Below, piece by piece: positions 1-7,767 of a stretch of 22,029 bases of DNA (the first letter of the stretch is position 1; each line of letters begins with the position of its first letter). This DNA comes from Candidatus Rokuibacteriota bacterium (GTDB lineage Bacteria > Methylomirabilota > Methylomirabilia > Rokubacteriales > DASRDR01): positions 1 through 22,029 of the forward strand of contig JBIOTN010000023.1 of assembly GCA_044866005.1 (NCBI GenBank), in the 5' to 3' direction. A program made the translations under genes and the position numbers. Under the pieces are notes generated by a model, which saw nothing but the letters and a program-made list of their open reading frames with translations, had not been told where the DNA came from and did no database searches.

Positions 1-16
1 CCGCCGCTCGGAGGGT

Positions 17-60
17 GTCGCGGCACGTTGCCGACGTTCCAACGCCTCTCTCGCCGCGAC
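17..60. repeat. Interrupted hairpin, probably part of a REP-like element cut by the window edge
   Basis: GTCGCGGC (17-24) pairs with GCCGCGAC (53-60), with an inner CGTTG/CAACG pair. Bases 1-13 (CCGCCGCTCGGAG) resemble CCGGCGCTCGGAG, the 3' arm and tail of the 4383-4402 hairpin. Confidence 0.45.
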
Positions 61-105
61 GAGCCTCGAACGGATCCAGTGCCTCCACCAGAAGCGTCGT
101 TGCGG

Positions 106-273
106 GCGCCGCCACCCGCGGGTGACGCCGGCGCCGCCGCGCAGCCGGCCGGGCGCAGTGGGACCCCTTCGCGCTCCTCCCGCTGATCGCCAGAGCGGCG
201 GGAGGGCGCGAACGGGTGACGGAGCCCGGCCGGACCGCGGCAAGCCGGCGGCAGGCCCTGCGGGTGGCGGCGC
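106..273 (+). repeat. Structured interspersed element, copy 1 (~165-nt rod-like hairpin, candidate ncRNA or MITE)
   Basis: Nested inverted repeats. Shares AGTGGGACCCCTTCGCGCTCCT, AGGGCGCGAACGGGTGACGGAGCCCG and GGCAAGCCGGCG with 12789-12950. Confidence 0.85.
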
Positions 274-322
274 GGTGATCGACGCGACCGAGCCGGGATG
301 CGACGCGTATCGGCGCGCGGAG

Positions 323-1789
323 CTAGCCCTTGCCGACGCTGAAGGCCACGTAGAGCGCCGACGCCCCGCGCTGGAGCAGCAGCGTCACGCGCTCCCCCGG
401 CTTGAGCCCGCGCGTGGCGCGCTCGAAGTCGGCGAGGCTGCGGATCTTCTGGCGGTTCACCTCGCGGATCACGTCGCCGGCCTGGACGCCGTTCGCCTCC
501 GCCGGCCCCCCCGACTCGACGGCGCCGACCACGACGCCCTCGCCGGCGCGCAACCCGAGCTGGCGCGCCACCTCCGGCGTGATGGGCTTCACGTCGAGCC
601 CCAGCAGGTTCTTCGCCCGAGCGCCCGCCGTCGCCGCCTCGGTCTCCTCCGGCGCCTCGCCCAGCCGGATCTCGAGCGTCCGCTCGCTCCGCTCGCGCAG
701 GACCTTCACCTTCACCGAGTTGCCGGGCTGGGACAGGCCGACGGCCCGCTGCAGGTCGCTCGGGGCGGTGACCGCCCGCCCGTTGAACTCGAGGATCACG
801 TCTCCGGACTGGAGGCCGGCCTTCTCCGCGGGGCTCCCCTGGATCACGTCGGCCACGAGGACGCCGCTCTCGTCCTTGACGCCGAAGCTCTTCGCCAGCT
901 CCGCGGTCAGCGGCTGCACGCTCACCCCGAGCCAGCCGCGGGTCACCTTTCCCCGGGTGGTGAGCTCGGTATAGATCTTCTTGGCGAGGTTCATGGGGAT
1001 CGCGAAGCCGATGCCCATGTACCCGCCGGTCCGGCTGGCGATCGCGGTGTTGATGCCGACCACCTCGCCGGTCATGTTCACGAGCGGCCCACCCGAGTTC
1101 CCGGGGTTGATGGCCGCGTCGGTCTGGAGGAAATCGTCGAAGGGCCCCTGGCCGAGCACCCGCCCCTTGGCGCTGATGATCCCGGCCGTCACGGTCTGCG
1201 TGAAGCCGAAGGGGCTGCCGATCGCGATCACCCAGTCCCCGACCTGGATGCCGTCGGAGTCGCCGAGCCGCGCCGCCGGATAGGTCGCGTTGCCGAGCAC
1301 GCGCAGCACCGCGAGGTCGGACTTCGCATCGGCGCCGAGGACCTTGGCCTTGTGCTTCTTGCCGTCGGCGGTGACGACCTCGATCTCGGACGCGCCCTCG
1401 ATGACGTGGGCGTTCGTCAGCGCGATGCCTGACGCGTCGATGACCACCCCGGACCCCAGGCTCCGCTGCGTGAACTCGCGTGGACCTCCGAAGAACCGGC
1501 GGAAGAACTCCTCGCCGAAGAACTCCTCCATCGGCGTCCGGGGCCCCGCGAACGGGTTCCGCACCACGGTGACCGTGTTGATGTTGACGACGGCGGGTCC
1601 GACGGCCGCCGCGACCTGCCGGAACGTGTTCGAGCTCTCCGGGGCCGCGACCCGCAGGATCGGCGCCGTGACCGCGGGGCCGGGGCCGTGCTGCGCGAAG
1701 CTTCGGACGGTATAGGCGCCGATCCCGCCGCCGACCAGCACGGCCACCACCAGCAGGGCGCCGAGCGTTCGCTGTCTGAGCTGCATCAT
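323..1789 (-). CDS. degQ: Do/DegP/DegQ (HtrA) family serine endoprotease with two PDZ domains
   Basis: N-terminal signal/TM segment; catalytic triad motifs LTNAHV, DLAVL and GNSGGPL; QTDAAINPGNSGG; PDZ motif RGWLGV. ATG 1789 has GGAGG 7 nt upstream, so the ORF-track start at 1933 is an extension. Confidence 0.95.
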   Translation of the reverse strand: MMQLRQRTLGALLVVAVLVGGGIGAYTVRSFAQHGPGPAVTAPILRVAAPESSNTFRQVAAAVGPAVVNINTVTVVRNPFAGPRTPMEEFFGEEFFRRFFGGPREFTQRSLGSGVVIDASGIALTNAHVIEGASEIEVVTADGKKHKAKVLGADAKSDLAVLRVLGNATYPAARLGDSDGIQVGDWVIAIGSPFGFTQTVTAGIISAKGRVLGQGPFDDFLQTDAAINPGNSGGPLVNMTGEVVGINTAIASRTGGYMGIGFAIPMNLAKKIYTELTTRGKVTRGWLGVSVQPLTAELAKSFGVKDESGVLVADVIQGSPAEKAGLQSGDVILEFNGRAVTAPSDLQRAVGLSQPGNSVKVKVLRERSERTLEIRLGEAPEETEAATAGARAKNLLGLDVKPITPEVARQLGLRAGEGVVVGAVESGGPAEANGVQAGDVIREVNRQKIRSLADFERATRGLKPGERVTLLLQRGASALYVAFSVGKG

Positions 1790-1841
1790 CGATCGTCCTC
1801 CGCCGTGACCGCGAGCCGAGGGCGTCCGCCCGACCCGGCCC

Positions 1842-3755
1842 TCACGCGCTGGCCGCGGCGACCTCGCCCGCCAGGAGTCGCCGCAACTCGTCTCCCGCCA
1901 GGGTCTCCCGCTGCTTGAGCACCGCCGCCGCATGGAGCAGCGCCGCCTTCCTTGCCGCCAGAAGCGCCCGCACGCGCTCGTACGTCCGCTCCACGATCTG
2001 CCGCACTTCCTCGTCGATGGCGCGAGCCGTGTCCTCGCTGTACTCCCGCTCGCCCGCGCCGGGCCAGCCCGGTATGCCGTTCCGCCGGAGGTAGGCGGGC
2101 CCGCCGGCCGCGCCGAAGGTGAGCGGCCCGAGCCGCTCCGACATGCCGTACCGCGTGACCATGAGGCGGGCCAGCTCGGTGGCCCGCTCGAGGTCGTTGT
2201 GCGCGCCCGTGGAGAGCTCGCCGTAGACCATCTCCTCGGCCACGTGCCCGCCGAGGAGGACGGCGATGCGGTCCTCGAGCTCGGAGCGCCGCAGGAGATA
2301 CCGATCCTCGGTAGGGAGCTGATAGGTCATCCCGAGCGCCGCCACGCCCCGCGGGATGATCGTGATCTTGTGCACCGGGTCGGCATGCGCGACGGAGAAG
2401 GCCACCAGGGCATGCCCCATCTCGTGGTGGGCGACGATGTCGCGCTCGGTCTCGGAGAGGACGCGGCTCTTCCGCTCCAGGCCGGCCACGATCCGGTCGA
2501 TCGCCTCCTCCAGGTCGGCCATCTCCACCGCGTCCTTGCCCTTGCGCGCCGCGAGCAGCGCCCCCTCGTTCACGATGTTCGCGAGGTCGGCGCCGGAGAA
2601 CCCCGGCGTGCGGGCGGCGATGACCTGGAGGTTCACACCGGGGCCGAGCCGGACGGCCCGCGCGTGGACGCGCAGGATCGCCTCCCGTCCCCGCACGTCG
2701 GGCTTGTCCACGGCGACTTGCCGGTCGAAGCGGCCCGTCCGCAGGAGGGCCGGGTCGAGGACCTCCGGGCGGTTCGTCGCCGCCATGATGATGACCCCGC
2801 TGGAGGCGTCGAAGCCGTCCATCTCCACCAGGAGCTGGTTCAGGGTCTGCTCCCGCTCGTCGTGGCCGCCGACAAACCCGGCGACGCCCCCCCGCGTCTT
2901 GCCGATCGCGTCCAGCTCGTCAATGAAGACGATGCAGGGGGCCTTTTCCTTCGCCTGCTCGAACAGGTCGCGCACCCGGGCGGCGCCCACCCCGACGAAC
3001 ATCTCGACGAACTCGGAGGCCGAGATGAAGAAGAACGGCACGTCGGCCTCCCCCGCCACCGCCCGGGCGAGGAGGGTCTTGCCGCTCCCCGGCGGGCCGA
3101 CCAGGAGGACGCCCTTGGGAATGCGGCCGCCGAGCCGCTGGTACTTCTTGGGATGCTTGAGGAAGTCCACGACCTCCATCAGCTCCGCGCGGGCCTCGTC
3201 GACCCCGGCCACGTCGGCGAAGGTGACCTTGAGCTCGCGGCGGTCGTAGATCTTCGCCTTCGAGCGGCCGAAGGTCAGGGCCTGCCGGGGCCCGCCCCCC
3301 ATCCGGCGGATCACGAAGGCCCAGATCGCCGCCATGATCCCGATGGGCAGGAACCACCCGAAGAAGAGCTCCCGGAGGAACGTGGACTCGACCCGGCCGG
3401 AGAACTCGACCCGGTGGGCCTGGAGCTCGCCGACGAGGGCGGCGTCGTCGGCTCCCGGGATCCGGATCGTGGAGAAGAGCAGGCGCGGGTTCGTCCCGGT
3501 GAGCCGCTCGAGCCAGTCGGAGGCCGCCGTCCCGGCCTCCGGCACGGCCTCTTTCTTCAGGGTGCCGCGGATCTCTTTCTCCCCGAACGAGACGCGGGCG
3601 ACCTTGTCCTCGCGCACCAGCTCGAGGAAGCGGCTCATGGGCACTTCCTGGATGCGGGGGGCGAGGAGCCAGCTCTGGAGGAGGACGAGGACGACCACGC
3701 CCAGCGCGACGTACAGGGCCGAGAACTGGGCTTGCTTGCGGGCCTGCCGCTTCAT
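1842..3755 (-). CDS. ftsH: ATP-dependent zinc metalloprotease FtsH
   Basis: Two N-terminal TM helices; TFADVAG; Walker A GPPGSGKT; pore loop FVEMFVGVG; Walker [35 protein letters not shown] zinc motif; GAHNDL. Confidence 0.97.
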   Translation of the reverse strand: MKRQARKQAQFSALYVALGVVVLVLLQSWLLAPRIQEVPMSRFLELVREDKVARVSFGEKEIRGTLKKEAVPEAGTAASDWLERLTGTNPRLLFSTIRIPGADDAALVGELQAHRVEFSGRVESTFLRELFFGWFLPIGIMAAIWAFVIRRMGGGPRQALTFGRSKAKIYDRRELKVTFADVAGVDEARAELMEVVDFLKHPKKYQRLGGRIPKGVLLVGPPGSGKTLLARAVAGEADVPFFFISASEFVEMFVGVGAARVRDLFEQAKEKAPCIVFIDELDAIGKTRGGVAGFVGGHDEREQTLNQLLVEMDGFDASSGVIIMAATNRPEVLDPALLRTGRFDRQVAVDKPDVRGREAILRVHARAVRLGPGVNLQVIAARTPGFSGADLANIVNEGALLAARKGKDAVEMADLEEAIDRIVAGLERKSRVLSETERDIVAHHEMGHALVAFSVAHADPVHKITIIPRGVAALGMTYQLPTEDRYLLRRSELEDRIAVLLGGHVAEEMVYGELSTGAHNDLERATELARLMVTRYGMSERLGPLTFGAAGGPAYLRRNGIPGWPGAGEREYSEDTARAIDEEVRQIVERTYERVRALLAARKAALLHAAAVLKQRETLAGDELRRLLAGEVAAASA

Positions 3756-3770
3756 GGAAACCCCGAAAAA

Positions 3771-3799
3771 AGGCTAACCGAAGGGGTGGGGGCTGTCAA
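3771..3799 (-). promoter_or_regulatory. Putative sigma70 promoter of ftsH-degQ
   Basis: Minus strand TTGACA (3799-3794), 17-nt spacer, TAGCCT (3776-3771), 15 nt before the ftsH ATG. Confidence 0.6.
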
Positions 3800-3876
3800 A
3801 CTTGGGCCGATTTCCCTCGCATTTACGCCGGGCCCGCCGGCCTTCCCCGCGGGCCCGGCCGAGGGTGCCCGCCGCT

Positions 3877-3905
3877 TTGACACGCGCTGGCCCCGGCGGT
3901 ATGGT
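3877..3905 (+). promoter_or_regulatory. Putative sigma70 promoter giving a leaderless transcript
   Basis: TTGACA (3877-3882), 17-nt spacer, TATGGT (3900-3905), then 6 nt to ATG 3912. Confidence 0.65.
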
Positions 3906-3911
3906 GGGGCC

Positions 3912-4334
3912 ATGTCGGGCAGCCGGCTCGGACTCGCGGCAGCGGGGCTTCTCGGGGTGGGCCTCGTCGTCCTCCTTGCACTCCCGGCGCACGCGCAGGC
4001 GCCCGCCGCGCCCGTTCCCGACGCCGCGGGCGGGCTCGACCTCTCGGTCCGGGCGCGCGCCCTCGGCGTGGCGCCGGAGCCCTACGCGGCGGGCGGCCTC
4101 GGGCTCGAGACCATGCGCGCGCCGACAGGGGCCGGGACGACCCGGCTGCCCCGCGTCGAGACACGCGGCAGCGGGCCGGGCCTCTACGTGGGCGTGGTCG
4201 TGTGTGACCCCGTCTGGGGCTCGCGCGGTTACGCGATCCGCGCCGACGACGCGGGGAGCCTGCCCGAGGGGCCGCTGCGCGGCGCGCCCGGCTCACGCCC
4301 GGACCTCCTGCCGCTCCTCCGCCCGGCGCCCTAG
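3912..4334 (+). CDS. Hypothetical exported protein (140 aa)
   Basis: C-terminal part of the 1932..4334 ORF. MSGSRLGLAAAGLLGVGLVVLLALPAHAQ looks like a Sec signal peptide with an AHA|Q site, and a promoter lies directly upstream. Confidence 0.7.
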   Translation: MSGSRLGLAAAGLLGVGLVVLLALPAHAQAPAAPVPDAAGGLDLSVRARALGVAPEPYAAGGLGLETMRAPTGAGTTRLPRVETRGSGPGLYVGVVVCDPVWGSRGYAIRADDAGSLPEGPLRGAPGSRPDLLPLLRPAP

Positions 4335-4382
4335 ACAGTCAAAGTAGGGCGGCGCCCCCCCTTGAGGAACCCCCCGGACATT

Positions 4383-4402
4383 GCGCCGGCGGAAGCCGGC
4401 GC
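4383..4402 (+). repeat. REP-like hairpin with GGAA (GNRA) loop between convergent genes; may act as terminator or stabiliser
   Basis: GCGCCGGC-GGAA-GCCGGCGC is a perfect 8-bp stem, preceded by C-runs and followed by TCGGAG. No U-tract. Confidence 0.6.
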
Positions 4403-4494
4403 TCGGAGTGGAGCCCGGTCGCGGTTGCGGTGGTGCGGATGCGAGGCGGGCGGCGTTCACCGACAGCCCCTAGCGCCGTCGCGCGCCCGCGCGC

Positions 4495-4944
4495 CTAGGG
4501 CAGGCTGACCTGGTCCGAGAGCTCGTTCCGGTCGTCCGGCCCGCGCGGGAAGTGCTGCCGGAGCAGGTCGCCCACCTCGCGGACGACCGCCGTGAGGCCC
4601 GCCCGTGGGCGGCCCTCCCGGAACTCGGTGACCAGCCGCTCCTTGAGGCGCTCCCAGTAATCATCGGTCACGCGCGCGTGCACCCCGACGTCGCCGATGA
4701 CGGCGAGCTTCCGGTCGTCGATCGCCACGTAGACGAGCACGGCGTTCCGCGCCGCCGTCCGGTGCATGCCGAGGCGCTCGAAGACCTGGACCGCCCGCGC
4801 CATCGGGTCGCCCGGGCAGCGCGCGTCGAGGTGCACCCGGATCTCCCCGGAGGTGGCCGCCTCCGCCTCGCTGACCGCGCGGGCCACGGCCTCGAGGTCG
4901 GCCTCGCTCAGGAAGCGACGGACCCAGCGGGGGTGGCGGGCCAT
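4495..4944 (-). CDS. TPM domain-containing protein (short DUF477 type)
   Basis: FLSEADLEAVARAVSEAEAATSGEIRVH, FERLGMHRTAARNAVLVYV, IGDVGVHARV, DRNELSD. The start overlaps the upstream stop (TGATG). Confidence 0.9.
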   Translation of the reverse strand: MARHPRWVRRFLSEADLEAVARAVSEAEAATSGEIRVHLDARCPGDPMARAVQVFERLGMHRTAARNAVLVYVAIDDRKLAVIGDVGVHARVTDDYWERLKERLVTEFREGRPRAGLTAVVREVGDLLRQHFPRGPDDRNELSDQVSLP

Positions 4945-5720
4945 CACCATCCCCCGCTCGCGCCGCCGCCGCCGAAGCGACCACCGCCGCCGGTGAAGCC
5001 GCCGGAGGAGGCGCCCCCCGACGACCAGCCGCCCCCGCCCCACGAGGAGCCGACCGGCGGCGGGGCGTACCAGCCCCGCCCGCCGCCGGTCCAGCCGCGC
5101 CGCCGCGCGCGACTCGTCCTCACCATCTCGCTGATGGCGCCGATGCCGAGGATCAGGAGGAGCACCCCGAAGACCAGAGCGGGGGTGGCCGGCAGCGCCG
5201 ACGGCGTCCCCCGCGCCGGCGCGGCCGGCGCCTGGTACGTGCCCGCGATGGCCTGCGCGATCGCGTCGAGCCCCGCCTCGATCCCATCGGCCAGCCGACC
5301 CTCCCGGAAGCGGGGCGCCACGACGTCGCGGATGATCGAGGCGGCGAGGGCGTCGGTCAGCGTGGGCTCGAGGCCGTAGCCGACCTCCAGGCGCATCCGG
5401 CGATCCTCCAGGAACACGAGGAGGATCACGCCGTTGTCGAGGCCCTTCTGGCCGATGCGCCAGGCCTGGGCGAGGCGGATCGAATAGTCCTCGAGGCTCT
5501 CGCCGCGGAGCGAGGGGAAGATGGCGACGACGACCTGGTTGCTGCTGGTCCGCTCCCGCTCGGCGAGCTTCTCCTCGAGGCGCTCGCGCTCGCCCGCCGG
5601 GAGCGCGCCGGCATAGTCGTTGATCCGGCGGGTGGGTGGCGGCGGCACCGCGAGCTCGGCGGACGCGACCGCCAGGCCGCCGAGGAGGAGGGCGAGGAGG
5701 AGGAGCGCCCGCGAGACCAC
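4944..5720 (-). CDS. TPM domain-containing protein (YgcG type) with signal peptide, TM helix and Gly-rich tail
   Basis: RINDYAGAL, QVVVAIFPSL, WRIGQKGLDNGVILLV, RLEVGYGLEPTLTD; C-terminal GGGRFGGGGASGGW. The start (GTG 5720) is approximate. Confidence 0.9.
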   Translation of the reverse strand: MVSRALLLLALLLGGLAVASAELAVPPPPTRRINDYAGALPAGERERLEEKLAERERTSSNQVVVAIFPSLRGESLEDYSIRLAQAWRIGQKGLDNGVILLVFLEDRRMRLEVGYGLEPTLTDALAASIIRDVVAPRFREGRLADGIEAGLDAIAQAIAGTYQAPAAPARGTPSALPATPALVFGVLLLILGIGAISEMVRTSRARRRGWTGGGRGWYAPPPVGSSWGGGGWSSGGASSGGFTGGGGRFGGGGASGGW

Positions 5721-5777
5721 GGCGATCGGCCCGGCGCTCAGCGCTGGACCTTCGGCTGAAACGGGGACCGGGGGGGC

Positions 5778-5955
5778 GGGCCGGGCCGAGACGCGAGCAG
5801 CCCCAGGACGCAGGGAGGAGGCGGCCCGAGGCGTATGCCGCATACGTTGAGGTGCGCCGAGGGCCCCACAGGCCGGAACGGCCGCGCGGCCGTAGGCCGA
5901 GCGCGTCCCGGCCGTGATGCAGAACGTCGAGATGCGACGCGGATCGGGCCGGCCC
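5778..5955. repeat. Palindromic intergenic element, family 2, long copy
   Basis: 5781-5819 matches 19144-19182 at 37/39 nt. Imperfect terminal inverted repeats GGGCCGGGCCGA/TCGGGCCGGCCC. Inner hairpins CGTATG-CCG-CATACG and ACGGCCG-CG-CGGCCGT. Confidence 0.65.
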
Positions 5956-5958
5956 CCC

Positions 5959-6561
5959 TCAGAACTGGACCTTCGGGGTGGCCTGACTCCCCGGCGCCGC
6001 CTCGAAGTAGGCCTTCTCCTTGAAGCCGCGGAAGGAGCCGATCACGCTCCCCGGGAAGCGCTTGAGGAAGGTGTTGTAGTCGCGCACGGCTTCGTTGTAC
6101 CGCATCCGCTCCACGGTGATCCGGTTCTCCGTGCCCTCGAGCTGGCTCTGGAGGGCCAGGAAGTTCTGGTTCGACTTGAGCTCCGGGTAGCGCTCGACCG
6201 TGACGAGGAGGCGGCTCAGCGCCCCGCCCAGCTGGTTCTGGAGCTGCTGGAAGCGCTGGACCGCTTGCGGATCGCTCAGCATCTCCGGCGTGAGCTGGAT
6301 CCCCGTCGCGCTGGCCCGGGCGCGCGTGACCTCCTCGAGCACCGTCCGCTCCTGGGCGGCGAAGCCGCGCACGGTCTCGACGAGGTTGGGGATCAGGTCG
6401 GCCCGCCGCTGGTAGACGTTCTGGACCTGCGCCCACTTCTCGTTCACCGCCTGCTCGCGGCTCACCAGCTCGTTGCCGATCCCGACGGCCCAGGCGCCGA
6501 CGCCGACCAGGACGACGGCGAGGACGAGGAAGAGCACCAGGACGACGCCGAGGCCTCTCAT
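5959..6561 (-). CDS. lemA: LemA family protein
   Basis: N-terminal TM; WAQVQNVYQRRADLIPNLVETV; ERYPELKSNQNFLALQSQLEGTENRI; YNEAVRDYN...FP. Followed by two TPM genes, the usual context. Confidence 0.95.
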   Translation of the reverse strand: MRGLGVVLVLFLVLAVVLVGVGAWAVGIGNELVSREQAVNEKWAQVQNVYQRRADLIPNLVETVRGFAAQERTVLEEVTRARASATGIQLTPEMLSDPQAVQRFQQLQNQLGGALSRLLVTVERYPELKSNQNFLALQSQLEGTENRITVERMRYNEAVRDYNTFLKRFPGSVIGSFRGFKEKAYFEAAPGSQATPKVQF

Positions 6562-7757
6562 CGGGCCGCGATTATACCACCCGAGCCTTTCGGTCGACGC
6601 CGGAGGACGAGCGCGCCGGCGACCAGCACGAAGCCGGCGCCCCCGACGGCGAGGCGCTCGCCGAGGAGCTCCGCCGCGCCGCCCAGCAGGAGCGGGCCGA
6701 CGATCATCCCGGTGTCGAGCGCGACGCGGAAGCCCGCGAGGTGAGCCGGCGCGATCGGGATGCCGGCGCGGTCGGCGAGGACCGTCGCGGGGATCATCCA
6801 GACGGCGAAGCCGCCCCCGATGAAGACGAGCCCCAGGACGAAGAGCGCGGGCCGCGCCGCGGCCGCCAGGACGAGGGCGCCGAGCGTGACCGAGAGCGCC
6901 CCGCCCAGGAAGAACGGCTCTCGTCGCACCCGGTCGATCACGAGGGCAAGCGCGAACAGCCCGACGAGCTCGGCCAGGTAGCCCGCGCCGAGCGCGAGCC
7001 CGATCGCCGGCGCGCCGAGCCCGTAGCGTCCGTGGCCCAGCAGGGGGACGAGGGTCGTGAAGAGGCCCGCCCAGGTGAGCGCCATGGCGAAGCCGGCGGC
7101 GTAGATCGGCCCGAGCGCATGGACGTCGTCGCGGCGGAAGGCGCCGACGCCGCCCGCGGCGGTGGGTGGGCGCCGGCCGGCCAGCGGGCCGATCCGCGGC
7201 CAGGCGAAGAGGCCGACCAGCAAGACCGGGCCGAGCGCGACGAAGACCGCGCGCCAGCCCGCCGCGCGCGCGAGCGCCGCGGCCAGCACGCCCCCGACGG
7301 CGAGGCTCAGGATGGCCAGGCCCTCGAAGAGGTTCGTGAGCCGCCCCCGCCACGCGGGCGCCGCCGACTCCAGCAGCTCGGCGAACAGGGCGAGAAAGGC
7401 CGCGGAGCCGCCCAGTCCCATGAGGAGCCGTCCGGCGAGCAAGGCCGGAAAGGCCGGGGCCAGCCCGCAGACGAGCGAGCCGGCGACGAGGCCGGCGATG
7501 CCGACGAAGACGGCCGTGCGCGTTCCCTGCCGCGCGCGCAGCCAGCTCGTCGGATAGCTGCCGAGGAGCCGGCCGACGGCGTAGACCGTGTTGACGAGGG
7601 CCGCCTCCACGGTCGAGAGCGCCCATTCCGCGGCGATCAGCGGGAGGAGCGGCGGGAGCATCCCGACGGTGAAGGCGGTCAGGACGTCGAGCCCGTAGAG
7701 CGGGAGGAGCGGGGCGAGGGCGGCGCGGAACGGCCGCGTCTCGCCGGAATCGGTCAC
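6558..7757 (-). CDS. MFS transporter
   Basis: About 12 hydrophobic segments in 399 aa; MFS-like motifs LLAGRLLMGLG, APAWRGR and IDRVRR. The stop overlaps the lemA ATG (ATGA). Confidence 0.9.
   Translation of the reverse strand: MTDSGETRPFRAALAPLLPLYGLDVLTAFTVGMLPPLLPLIAAEWALSTVEAALVNTVYAVGRLLGSYPTSWLRARQGTRTAVFVGIAGLVAGSLVCGLAPAFPALLAGRLLMGLGGSAAFLALFAELLESAAPAWRGRLTNLFEGLAILSLAVGGVLAAALARAAGWRAVFVALGPVLLVGLFAWPRIGPLAGRRPPTAAGGVGAFRRDDVHALGPIYAAGFAMALTWAGLFTTLVPLLGHGRYGLGAPAIGLALGAGYLAELVGLFALALVIDRVRREPFFLGGALSVTLGALVLAAAARPALFVLGLVFIGGGFAVWMIPATVLADRAGIPIAPAHLAGFRVALDTGMIVGPLLLGGAAELLGERLAVGGAGFVLVAGALVLRRRPKGSGGIIAAR
6571..6579 (-). promoter_or_regulatory. Extended -10 promoter (TGnTATAAT) for lemA inside the 3' end of the MFS gene
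   Basis: Minus strand reads GTGGTATAATCGCGGCCCGATG, a perfect TG-G-TATAAT 9 nt before the lemA ATG in GC-rich DNA. No Shine-Dalgarno sequence. Confidence 0.65.
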
Positions 7758-7767
7758 GCGGCCGGGC

